From: a virus
Strand: one strand, 5' to 3'
Virus record (IMG/VR): IMGVR_UViG_3300033121_002167
Location: 64,001 to 81,612 of that record
Length of the DNA stretch: 17,612 nt
The position numbers and the translations under genes are program-made. The notes under the pieces are model-generated. The model ran no database searches. It was not told the origin of the DNA and worked only from the letters and a program-made list of their open reading frames with translations. Shown piece after piece: positions 1-7,044 of the stretch (the first letter of the stretch is position 1; each line of letters opens with the position of its first letter).

Positions 1-212
1 CGAAGACGTTGCACAAGTCGAGCGTAGTTGGCTCGAGCTTCTGAACCTTTCTTCTGACGATCGCGCCACTTGATGAGGTCTTCGATCCTGGCTTCAAGAT
101 CTCTGATGTGCTTCTTTGACCCGTGCGGCACTCTTGAGCCGTCAGAAACATCAGCCTCTCTAACCTTGCTCTCAACAACGAGCTTGATGTATTCTTTAAG
201 ATCGTCATCCAT
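1..212 (-). CDS. Hypothetical protein; 3' end lies beyond the window start. Translation begins MDDDLKEYIKLVVESKVREADVSDGSRVPHGSKKHIRDLEARIEDLIKWRDRQKKGSEARANYARLVQRL...
   Basis: ATG at 212-210 on the minus strand. The reading frame stays open to position 1 and the translation is charged and protein-like. It overlaps the upstream stop in an ATGGATGA arrangement. It is not in the ORF track because it is partial. Confidence 0.45.
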   Translation of the reverse strand, partial: MDDDLKEYIKLVVESKVREADVSDGSRVPHGSKKHIRDLEARIEDLIKWRDRQKKGSEARANYARLVQRL

Positions 213-423
213 CCTTCATCTCTTTCTCGGCTTTGTCAAGCGCTGTCGATACCGCGCCCCAGATGAACATCCTCATGTGATCGTCAGTGACAGTTTCTGA
301 CTTGTCGATCTGAAACTGGTAACGAATTCTGTCAAGTAGCTCTTGGGTGATCTTGATCTCGAGCGTGCCGCCCTTGGGAAGCGTGATCGATCGCGTTTCG
401 ATAAAGTTTTCGTTGTTTTCCAT
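205..423 (-). CDS. Hypothetical small protein, 72 aa.
   Basis: ATG at 423-421 preceded by GAGGG about 6 nt upstream. Composition is protein-like and it is tightly packed with its neighbours. Confidence 0.55.
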   Translation of the reverse strand: MENNENFIETRSITLPKGGTLEIKITQELLDRIRYQFQIDKSETVTDDHMRMFIWGAVSTALDKAEKEMKDG

Positions 424-453
424 GACACCCTCATACTACAACGCGATCGCAGT

Positions 454-462
454 AATTTATAA
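454..462 (-). promoter_or_regulatory. T4-late-promoter-like element TATAAATT, one mismatch from TATAAATA, lying 30 nt upstream of the ATG at 423.
   Basis: The minus strand reads TTATAAATT across 462-454 and includes the TAA stop of the upstream gene. It is the only such motif on the coding strand in the window. Confidence 0.2.
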
Positions 463-1050
463 CTTCTTCTTCGGCGTGATGGGTGTAGGACCTGACGTAT
501 TTTCAGCACCAGAGTCTTTGTTGACCTTGGGTGTCTGGGATACGATGACGTTGGGCTTGATGTGCTTCGTCTTCGGACCCTTCTCCATCTTCACGTCTGA
601 CGGCTTGTCGCCTGGATCTGCTGCATCTTGTGCTGCGACCTCGCCAGTTACGATCTGCGCGATTCCTTTCAAGAACGCTAGAAGTGCTGTTTTCTCCGCA
701 GATGACAACGAGTTGATGTACTGCTCCATCGCAGACGCAACTTTCTCATCTCTAAATGAGTGACCCGATCTTATGGTGTTGAGCTTCTCAATGACGTCGG
801 TGTGATCGATGTCACCACTCTCCATCTCGCTCTTCTCGTCTTCAGCCGTCTTTGAACCGTGACTCTTTTCATCTTGTGAATCTGCTGGCGGAGATGGTGC
901 CGGATCTGGAGCGTTCGAAGCCATGGCGTCTTGCTTCTCTTTCTCCTGAAGTGACTTCTGGTACAGTCCCGCCTTGACGCTCTCGCTGATGACAGTGTCC
1001 AAGAGCTTACCAAGGCTACGTCCTGTAGTTATCTTGACGTTATTTTTCAT
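457..1050 (-). CDS. Hypothetical acidic, low-complexity protein, about 197 aa (DPAPSPPADSQDEKS... region).
   Basis: The ORF-track start at 1059 is GTG. The in-frame ATG at 1050-1048 (MKNNVKITTG...) has GGTGG 5 nt upstream. The stop TAA at 459-457 is embedded in a TTATAAATT motif. Confidence 0.55.
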   Translation of the reverse strand: MKNNVKITTGRSLGKLLDTVISESVKAGLYQKSLQEKEKQDAMASNAPDPAPSPPADSQDEKSHGSKTAEDEKSEMESGDIDHTDVIEKLNTIRSGHSFRDEKVASAMEQYINSLSSAEKTALLAFLKGIAQIVTGEVAAQDAADPGDKPSDVKMEKGPKTKHIKPNVIVSQTPKVNKDSGAENTSGPTPITPKKKL

Positions 1051-1300
1051 GTAAACCACCGAACCTGGTTCTGTTCAACGGACGCTCTTGGTGACGACGA
1101 GCTCTTTCTCTCTGAGGAGAATCGACCACTTTTTTCCTTGGACTAACTCGCGATTCTTTCAGAACGATAGAGTCCATGAACTTGTCAAACGTGTAACCTT
1201 CGTTGACATCATCGTGCAGGAGCTTTCCAGTTCCATCGCACTTCTCGCAGTCGCCGCCAGCACCATCGCAATCAGTGCAATCTTCTTCGATCTTCTCCAT
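1040..1300 (-). CDS. Small protein with an N-terminal DnaJ-type zinc finger (two CxxCxGxG repeats: CTDCDGAGG and CEKCDGTGK).
   Basis: ATG at 1300-1298 with GAGGA 8 nt upstream. The CxxCxGxG repeat is the hallmark of the DnaJ cysteine-rich domain. The C-terminal third is Arg-rich. Confidence 0.55.
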   Translation of the reverse strand: MEKIEEDCTDCDGAGGDCEKCDGTGKLLHDDVNEGYTFDKFMDSIVLKESRVSPRKKVVDSPQRERARRHQERPLNRTRFGGLHEK

Positions 1301-1303
1301 AGC

Positions 1304-1723
1304 TCATCCTCGCATGTAAATAGGTAACTCTCCTTGCAACTTAACGAGCAAGGTGCACATTCGGCGCGTGTAATCTATCGCTTCTATCCTGACAGCCGAT
1401 ATCGTCAGCGGACCTTCGATGCTCATCCCGCCGTTCTCATCACCGGAGATCTCTAGGCTTGCGATCTTGTACAACGTGAAGTTCTTTAGCGTTGTGAAAC
1501 CGTCTTCTAGCAAAGTTGAAACTTCAACTTCAATGTGTTCATCCAGAAGGATGCTGCTCAACGTTCCAACGATAGATTTCTCTTCGTCATCTTTCACGTT
1601 GATGCGACATATGATGTACGCTGGAGGGTCTACTGTGACACCTTCAATGACTGCATCATTGAGCACGTCAGACATCAGAACACGCGACGTGTCTGCTCGA
1701 ATTGTCATCTCTTTGTCTCTCAT
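1304..1723 (-). CDS. Hypothetical protein, 139 aa.
   Basis: ATG start. The stop lies 1 nt after the downstream start. No recognisable motif. Confidence 0.55.
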   Translation of the reverse strand: MRDKEMTIRADTSRVLMSDVLNDAVIEGVTVDPPAYIICRINVKDDEEKSIVGTLSSILLDEHIEVEVSTLLEDGFTTLKNFTLYKIASLEISGDENGGMSIEGPLTISAVRIEAIDYTRRMCTLLVKLQGELPIYMRG

Positions 1724-1738
1724 GGAGACAAATTTACA

Positions 1739-2113
1739 TCACGAGATGGGCGTAGTAACGATATCTTTGTACGCAGTATCGGCGTAGGATGCGTACTCTT
1801 TGTCAAGCTCTGTCACTTGATCTATGTCGTGCGTTATGAGACGAACATTGACAGAATCACCTACTACGGTGATGTTAGCATTGTGACCCACTTCTTCTTC
1901 GTACTCAAGCAACGCGTAGAGGAACGGGTTGCGATCTTCTTTCCTCTTGAACGTGTATGTCTTCGTGATCGATCCATCATCGCACTTCTCCCAGCGATTC
2001 ATCGCAACGAGAGGTGCATCAGGTTCACGAGCAGAGATAGGAAGCTTGCCGAACGTCATGGGACGATCAGCCATTTTCATGAACTGCTCGTGAAGCTTTT
2101 GTAGCTGTTTCAT
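1739..2113 (-). CDS. Hypothetical protein, 124 aa.
   Basis: The ATG at 2113-2111 overlaps the TGA of the upstream homing-endonuclease-like gene in an ATGA arrangement. Confidence 0.55.
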   Translation of the reverse strand: MKQLQKLHEQFMKMADRPMTFGKLPISAREPDAPLVAMNRWEKCDDGSITKTYTFKRKEDRNPFLYALLEYEEEVGHNANITVVGDSVNVRLITHDIDQVTELDKEYASYADTAYKDIVTTPIS

Positions 2114-2973
2114 ATGATGTTAAACAAATCCGGATTAAGTCGACCATTTTTCAAAATATTCATACTCTGTAGTTCAGATCTTGACCAAATTACAGAATTG
2201 GGATAATTCATGTGAAACCAATCCCATTTTTGTTTTGCTGATGGCGTCCACATACCTTTTATTTCAACATACGTGTCTGTATACGGACCATCTTTTATGT
2301 AAAGATCAATGATGTACATTGATCTAGATCTTTTTGAAGTTGTCAAAATTTGTGTTTCAAACGCAATTTGCCAATCAAAATCATAACGGCATTTATTAAG
2401 CCAAAGCAACGTTGCATATTCATAACCAGACTGGGATAGCAACCGCTCATTCGTTTTCCAATGAAATATAACGGGTTGATTTTGAATTGTAGAAATAGCT
2501 TTTTTCCGTATCTGTGTAGATTGCATAGGACTGTCAACACCATACCTTCTACGATTAGTAAGTCTAGCTTTTTCTTGCACAACTTTACTTTGAAAAGGAT
2601 TGCTGACTCCGTAGCGTTCCTGACATGTTTGTTTAACACGTTCTTTTACAAGATTTGTACGTTGTGGAAATTCTGTCCCATATTTCTGCAAAGAAGTGCT
2701 TTTACTAGTTTCTTTTACAGATTCTGCTTGAAATGGATTATCAACACCATATTTTTCTTGAAAATTCTTATTCTTTTTCAAAAACAAAACACCACCTGAT
2801 TTTTGTGCCAAATTAGCGCAGTGCAAACTACAAAAATGTTCAGATTTTTTTGCTTGTGATGGAAATTTTTCAACTATTTCACCACAAGTATCACACTTAA
2901 CAACACAAACAATCTTAAATTGTCGTCCATACTTTTTAGGGTTTGGAATTATTCGTGATGACTCAATTAGCAT
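2110..2973 (-). CDS. Putative free-standing homing-endonuclease-like protein, 287 aa. It has an N-terminal zinc ribbon (CDTCGEIV...HFCSLHC), four imperfect ~25-aa repeats carrying a (K/R)YGV(D/S)NPFQ core, and a C-terminal PD-(D/E)xK-like motif (IIDLYIKD...TYVEIKG).
   Basis: The gene is sharply AT-rich relative to its flanks. It has an ATG start with no ribosome-binding site, as is common for phage homing-endonuclease genes, and is ATGA-coupled to the downstream gene. The D-x11-E-x-K pattern embedded in beta-strand-like hydrophobic context fits a PD-(D/E)xK nuclease, and the basic repeats fit DNA-binding modules. The family assignment is not certain. Confidence 0.5.
   Translation of the reverse strand: MLIESSRIIPNPKKYGRQFKIVCVVKCDTCGEIVEKFPSQAKKSEHFCSLHCANLAQKSGGVLFLKKNKNFQEKYGVDNPFQAESVKETSKSTSLQKYGTEFPQRTNLVKERVKQTCQERYGVSNPFQSKVVQEKARLTNRRRYGVDSPMQSTQIRKKAISTIQNQPVIFHWKTNERLLSQSGYEYATLLWLNKCRYDFDWQIAFETQILTTSKRSRSMYIIDLYIKDGPYTDTYVEIKGMWTPSAKQKWDWFHMNYPNSVIWSRSELQSMNILKNGRLNPDLFNII
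2463..2765 (-). repeat. In-frame tandem coding repeats, 4 imperfect copies of ~70-80 nt, encoding the (K/R)YGV(D/S)NPFQ modules of the homing-endonuclease-like protein.
   Basis: Repeated peptide cores KYGVDNPFQ, KYGTEFPQ, RYGVSNPFQ and RYGVDSPMQ. Matching nucleotide repeats occur, for example ttgaaaaggattgctgactccgtagcg around 2590 and ttgaaatggattatcaacaccatattt around 2730. Confidence 0.6.
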
Positions 2974-2982
2974 GTTAATTAA

Positions 2983-3738
2983 CTACAAAATTACAAATCC
3001 ACCAACAATTGCAGACTCAGTAAAACTAGAACCGTGCGTATAAATACGTCTATTTCTATCGATACAACAACTACCACCTTTGTACTTCAGATCGCGCTCG
3101 GTACCAACTCTGTTTGACACAATGACATTTGCTCTTGTGTCTTCAACAAGCTCAACCCAGGCTGAATCTGGGTACCCATAGGCACCGCCCCAGTTCGTCA
3201 GAAGAGCAATCATGTCGACAGAGCCTTTGCTGTAAAATTTCTGCCCAGGCTTGTAAAAAGCGTACGATTCTCTGTAGTGATTCATTGCATCCCTGCAAAC
3301 TAGCGCTCCCAGCCGACCGACTGGCGTCACGACTAGTGCATGAAGGGCTTCTGAGGGCTGCGCCCAAATGTTGTCATTACCCCATAGGTTGCTTTTCTGC
3401 GAATTCCCTGCGAGGCCCGAGGGACCCACGATGGCCGCTGAGTTGTACAGCTTACCTTCATAGAGCTCCGGGTAGCCAAAGACAATGTAGCAGTTGTAAC
3501 GATTGGCAATTGGGATGAACGCTTCTGTCTGATACCCATCACGTTCCTGAGCACACTCCATTGCTTCACGAGGAGATCGCAACGCAAACCCAGAAGTGCA
3601 AAGCTCAGGCAGAACGATGACACGGGCACCTTTCGCCGCGGCTTCGAAAGCTAGTTCAGTAGCAACAGCCAGATTCTTCTGGACGTTGAGCAGCTCTGGG
3701 TTGAACTGCGCCGCGGCAACTATTGCTACGTCGTTCAT
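2983..3738 (-). CDS. Carbon-nitrogen hydrolase (nitrilase superfamily) protein, 251 aa.
   Basis: The catalytic triad context matches the family: VIVLPE (Glu), GKLYNSAAIV (Lys) and GALVCRDAMN (Cys nucleophile). It has the expected alpha-beta-beta-alpha length and the expected N-terminal strand VAIVAAAQFNP. Confidence 0.7.
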   Translation of the reverse strand: MNDVAIVAAAQFNPELLNVQKNLAVATELAFEAAAKGARVIVLPELCTSGFALRSPREAMECAQERDGYQTEAFIPIANRYNCYIVFGYPELYEGKLYNSAAIVGPSGLAGNSQKSNLWGNDNIWAQPSEALHALVVTPVGRLGALVCRDAMNHYRESYAFYKPGQKFYSKGSVDMIALLTNWGGAYGYPDSAWVELVEDTRANVIVSNRVGTERDLKYKGGSCCIDRNRRIYTHGSSFTESAIVGGFVIL

Positions 3739-5407
3739 TGATTCTCTTTCTTGCAGTTAACACTAGCGGAAACGTAGAGTCGCAATCTGCGCAGTAAATT
3801 TCGTCAGCTTCTGCTTGGTGGGTGTTCGCGCCGCCGCAAGTTGGGCAAGGTGCATCACCCGTGTGATGATACTCTTGCTCTTCTGCAGATGGCTCAAGAC
3901 CCTCAAGGCTCTGCATGATGTCAGGGAAAACATCGTACATGTACTCTAGGGCTTCTGGGCTGAATTCACGATCACCAAAAGCATCGTTAAGCGCAGACTC
4001 CAACGAAACTGGGTCTGTGATAGATGATGCACCAGAAGAAACGAGCTGTTCAACTTCGCTCCTAGAGACTAGATCTTCATCAACGGGTGAGCCCATCGTC
4101 TCAAGAACGATCGTCAGCGGACCCTTCTTGATTGTGCGAGTCCGGGAGCGAGATTCACCAACTGGTTCCCAAACTTGGGTGTGATCGCCCGTTGGCTTCT
4201 TAACCTTCAGCTTGCCATCTTCAGGCGAGACAATGCCAGACTCTCCTGGCTTGAACTCTGATGCACCCATCTTGCCAAAGACTTTGCCCTTGTAACGTGT
4301 GACAACAGAAGCACCGTTGTACTTCTGGCCGCCCTTGTAAACCTTGTACGAATCCTTGCTGGCTTTTGGCTCTCTTGGTGCCTTTGGAGCTGCTGGCTCA
4401 CTTGTTGACTCTGCACCCGACTCTTCTGGTGCAGCACTCGTTGGTGCAGTTGGATTGTACAGCTTCTCACCACCACGTGCACGCCTGATCGATTTGTCAA
4501 GAAATTCGCGGAAACCATCTAGATCTCTGACGATGTCTGGATGTGCTTTCATGAGAGCAACGTCAGAAGCCGATAGCTCACCCGAACGGCTCAGCATCTT
4601 GATGTAGTCGTTCATGCTCGACAAGACAATGATCTCAAGATCCTCTGGCGACTTGTCTTGCATGTCAGCAACCCACTGTGCTTTCAGCATTGCCTTGTCA
4701 ACAGCTTGCTTCGCGCCGGCAACTGAAAAACCAAGATCCTTAGCGATATCTTGGAACGATGCACCAGAAACGTCTGACACGGTGTTGAACTTTGCTCTCT
4801 CTGGCACGTCAGACGTCGTGTCTTCCAGCGGATCCTCAACTGGATTCTTCATGATCTTCTTCAGATCTTTCTTCGACTTGTCAAACTTTGACATGTACTC
4901 GCTGCCATGAACGCCAGCTGGGATCTTTGTGACAGGCGGAAGCGGTCCAACGACCGGTCCGAAATTCTTTGGTTTCTTGTCAAATGGCGCTTCAGAAACA
5001 ATGTTAAGTTCTTGCAGCTGCTTGCGAACAGCTAGCCTGATGAGTGATTCAGCTGCTGTGTCTTTTGTAGCGCTCTTTGTGCCCGTCGTCTTCTTGTTTT
5101 TCATCGTATCTTCCTTTTCGTCGGGCACGTCAAGGGCCCCCACTAGCTTTTCATACACGTCAGAAACTTTTTCGTCTGGCAGATCGTCGCTTAGGGCCTT
5201 CACAGCAACTTGAAATTCAGCTTTGTTGTTTGGCTTGTAGTTCGGATTGCTAGGATCAGTAAGTATTGCTGACTGATCAACAACTGGGTTGACATCAACA
5301 GGATCATCCACCTCTTCAAGGCAAACTTGCCCGAACTTCTTGTTATCAAGAAGCTCTGATACAAGCTCGCGCAATGCTGTCCTGGTGACAGTGATCTTTT
5401 GTGCCAT
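3656..5407 (-). CDS. Large hypothetical protein, 583 aa. It is acidic and Lys-rich, with a C-terminal CxxC...CxxC zinc ribbon (CPTCGG...CADCD) and a possible HTH-like segment (SFQDIAKDLGFSVAGAKQAVDKAMLKAQ).
   Basis: ATG at 5407-5405 with AAGGG about 6 nt upstream. Its own frame is closed 12 codons upstream. Its last ~27 codons overlap the C-N hydrolase start out of frame. Confidence 0.65.
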   Translation of the reverse strand: MAQKITVTRTALRELVSELLDNKKFGQVCLEEVDDPVDVNPVVDQSAILTDPSNPNYKPNNKAEFQVAVKALSDDLPDEKVSDVYEKLVGALDVPDEKEDTMKNKKTTGTKSATKDTAAESLIRLAVRKQLQELNIVSEAPFDKKPKNFGPVVGPLPPVTKIPAGVHGSEYMSKFDKSKKDLKKIMKNPVEDPLEDTTSDVPERAKFNTVSDVSGASFQDIAKDLGFSVAGAKQAVDKAMLKAQWVADMQDKSPEDLEIIVLSSMNDYIKMLSRSGELSASDVALMKAHPDIVRDLDGFREFLDKSIRRARGGEKLYNPTAPTSAAPEESGAESTSEPAAPKAPREPKASKDSYKVYKGGQKYNGASVVTRYKGKVFGKMGASEFKPGESGIVSPEDGKLKVKKPTGDHTQVWEPVGESRSRTRTIKKGPLTIVLETMGSPVDEDLVSRSEVEQLVSSGASSITDPVSLESALNDAFGDREFSPEALEYMYDVFPDIMQSLEGLEPSAEEQEYHHTGDAPCPTCGGANTHQAEADEIYCADCDSTFPLVLTARKRINERRSNSCRGAVQPRAAQRPEESGCCY

Positions 5408-5730
5408 AATTCGCCCTTGGGAGCTTCTGCTTGCGAGATGTTAGGATTGCCAAGCTTCGCGTCCGTCCACTTCCTACCGAAGTAAAGAGCAAGGATCGGA
5501 GAGAAGTAGCTGGCGCATGCAGCAACATCGAATGGACGGACATGAATGGGACCAAGCGTCTCAAACATGGAGAGCACGTAAGCCAACGTTGTAACCCAAA
5601 ACGATACGAAGACAAGAGTGACAGTGACGCTTCCGTAACCACGACTGTCACGAATCCAAATTCTTGATGGCGAGACTTCACTAGGATCATTAGATGGTGG
5701 CAAATTTTCATTTGCTGTATTGTCAGACAT
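5200..5730 (-). CDS. Small membrane protein with two predicted transmembrane helices (VTVTLVFVSFWVTTLAYVLSMF and FDVAACASYFSPILALYFG).
   Basis: I place the start at the ATG at 5730-5728 (MSDNTANENL...), which has GAGG 7-8 nt upstream. The track start at 5742 is a second in-frame ATG. The last ~70 codons run out of frame across the start of the 583-aa gene and look like overprinted, non-native sequence, so the true C-terminus is uncertain. Confidence 0.45.
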   Translation of the reverse strand: MSDNTANENLPPSNDPSEVSPSRIWIRDSRGYGSVTVTLVFVSFWVTTLAYVLSMFETLGPIHVRPFDVAACASYFSPILALYFGRKWTDAKLGNPNISQAEAPKGELWHKRSLSPGQHCASLYQSFLITRSSGKFALKRWMILLMSTQLLISQQYLLILAIRTTSQTTKLNFKLL

Positions 5731-6514
5731 GTTCAACCTCATTATTTTCAGATATTTCTTGTCGATGTTTTTTCCACCACAATTTCATTGTTTCGCTATG
5801 TGATTTCCGAAAATCAACATTTTCCCAACGTTCGCAAGCTGATTTTCGTCTCTGCTCAGCTAGTTCTGATTTTTCATATGATCGTTTAACGCCGGCACTA
5901 ATTCGCTTTCGAACATTTTCATCTTGACGTGATTTTTTAGACGCCTCCGTCAAATGAAGCAAGTGTTCAGATGAAACACGTCGACCACTCAATTTTCTAG
6001 AAATACGTTCGCGAACTTCAGGAGTTCGTGAAGCTTTGCTTGAAGCACTCAATTTTTGACGCGTTTGTTTTGAAACAACACGGTTACTTGCAACATCAGA
6101 AAGATGTTGACGAACACCTGGTTTGTTCATACCAATACGGGTACGTTCAGAAATAATTTTGCGAATTTCGCTACTCGGATTTGAAATTCCTTCGCCCCCA
6201 ATCGTTTTGTTACATCTGATGTCATCTAGCGACAAACGAAACGAAGGATTGAATGTATCAAGTTCTTTTATCAGATAAATTTCATAATCAAAAGCTTGAT
6301 TTTCGTCCAGTGTTTCAAAAACAATTTCTCTTCTCAATCCCAAATGATGAGAAACAAATTTGTGATGCTTGTTACGACGTTTGTTTTTAACACGAGAAGA
6401 ATTTCCTTTTCCAACATAAAACGCGCGAGGTTCAATTTCAGTTGTGTAATCGACATACACATACCACTTAGACTGAACCTCAGTTGGATCAGCGGCTTTC
6501 TTCTCTTCTTCCAT
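5723..6514 (-). CDS. GIY-YIG homing endonuclease with C-terminal NUMOD3-like repeats (Seg-like, free-standing), about 264 aa.
   Basis: KWYVYVDYTTEIEPRAFYVGKG gives GIY-x10-YIG. The conserved Arg/His (RVKNKRRNKHH), Glu (FDYEIYLIKEL) and Asn (TFNP) are present. At least five repeats of the NUMOD3 type occur (SEIRKIISERT, TRQKLSASS, PEVRERISRKLSG, ENVRKRISAGVKRS, SHSETMKLWWKKH). The gene is strongly AT-rich. The track ORF starts at a GTG at 6628, giving a spurious Cys/Trp-rich extension. The real start is most likely the ATG at 6514-6512, which has GAGG 9 nt upstream. Confidence 0.85.
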   Translation of the reverse strand: MEEEKKAADPTEVQSKWYVYVDYTTEIEPRAFYVGKGNSSRVKNKRRNKHHKFVSHHLGLRREIVFETLDENQAFDYEIYLIKELDTFNPSFRLSLDDIRCNKTIGGEGISNPSSEIRKIISERTRIGMNKPGVRQHLSDVASNRVVSKQTRQKLSASSKASRTPEVRERISRKLSGRRVSSEHLLHLTEASKKSRQDENVRKRISAGVKRSYEKSELAEQRRKSACERWENVDFRKSHSETMKLWWKKHRQEISENNEVEHV

Positions 6515-6549
6515 GTCGACAACCTCTGGTCCTAAATAGGCTGTACAGA
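5723..6549 (-). mobile_element. AT-rich homing-endonuclease island inserted between a membrane-protein gene and the coiled-coil/secreted protein gene.
   Basis: Composition drops to AT-rich exactly over the endonuclease ORF, with GC-normal flanks. Confidence 0.55.
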
Positions 6550-7044
6550 TCATTTGGTCGCATGCGATAGAGCAAAAACGGTGAGCACGGTGAAAACGGC
6601 GCCGCCAGCAAAACCACCAGCAGCCCACAGCATGGGATTGCTAGAGCTAGATGATTGCTTTCGAATCTCTTCGTTTAGCGCAGCAATCTCTTTTTCTTTT
6701 GCAACGATTGATGCACTTAGGATCTTCTTCTCAGCGTCAGTCGTCGCTTGAAGTTCTACGAGCTTGAACTGCGACTGTGCGGCAGCTTCAGCTTTCGCCT
6801 TGTCAACTTCGATCTTCACTTGATCTTTGGAAGAATTTAGCTGCACGATGATGCTTGCAACAGCTTTTGGCGATAGCAAAACACCGGTGTAAGGTGCTGG
6901 CTCACCCTTTTTCATAGGAGTCGTCACAGCACCAGGATCTGGTTCAGCAGATGGAACTGCTGGCACAGTCAACCCTTCGCATCGACCAGGGATTGCTGAA
7001 AAGAAGAACGTCAGAAACGTTACTAGCGTGATGAACTTTTTCAC
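6550..7044 (-). CDS. Secreted or membrane-anchored coiled-coil protein, 164 aa. It has an N-terminal signal-like hydrophobic segment (KKFITLVTFLTFFFSAIPGRC), a central coiled coil and a C-terminal transmembrane helix (MLWAAGGFAGGAVFTVLTVFAL). It may be a spanin-like lysis component.
   Basis: The start is a GTG at 7044-7042 with GGTGG 3 nt upstream, overlapping the TGA of the upstream gene as GTGA. There is no in-frame ATG until far downstream. The topology resembles unimolecular or outer-membrane spanins, but the lipobox is not canonical (PGRC). Confidence 0.5.
   Translation of the reverse strand: MKKFITLVTFLTFFFSAIPGRCEGLTVPAVPSAEPDPGAVTTPMKKGEPAPYTGVLLSPKAVASIIVQLNSSKDQVKIEVDKAKAEAAAQSQFKLVELQATTDAEKKILSASIVAKEKEIAALNEEIRKQSSSSSNPMLWAAGGFAGGAVFTVLTVFALSHATK

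Larger units (their letters stand above)
2110..2980 (-). mobile_element. AT-rich island containing the homing-endonuclease-like gene; probable free-standing homing-endonuclease insertion.
   Basis: There is an abrupt composition shift at both gene boundaries. The endonuclease-like gene has no ribosome-binding site and sits between two GC-normal genes. Confidence 0.45.

Noticed and set aside
70-300. Plus-strand 76-aa ORF (MMRSSILASRSLMCFF...)
   Set aside because: It is antisense to the partial minus-strand gene 1..212 and the 205..423 gene. Its composition is Ser/Leu-rich and junk-like, and no other plus-strand gene exists in the window.
1535-2104. Plus-strand 189-aa ORF
   Set aside because: It spans two well-packed minus-strand genes and is Cys/Arg/His-rich nonsense, so it is the antisense shadow of a coding region.
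2461-2799. Plus-strand 112-aa Phe-rich ORF inside the homing-endonuclease-like gene
   Set aside because: It is the AT-rich antisense of the repeat region. The minus-strand frame carries the conserved repeats and motifs.
3041-3048. Perfect TATAAATA on the plus strand
   Set aside because: It lies inside the C-N hydrolase coding sequence on the non-coding strand, and no plus-strand genes are available to be driven.
5723-6628. N-terminal 38 residues of the track ORF (MGCWWFCWRRRFHRAHRFCSIACDQM...) as part of the endonuclease
   Set aside because: The ORF starts at GTG, and this stretch overlaps the upstream gene and is Cys/Trp/Arg-rich. The internal ATG at 6514 with GAGG upstream gives a canonical GIY-YIG N-terminus.
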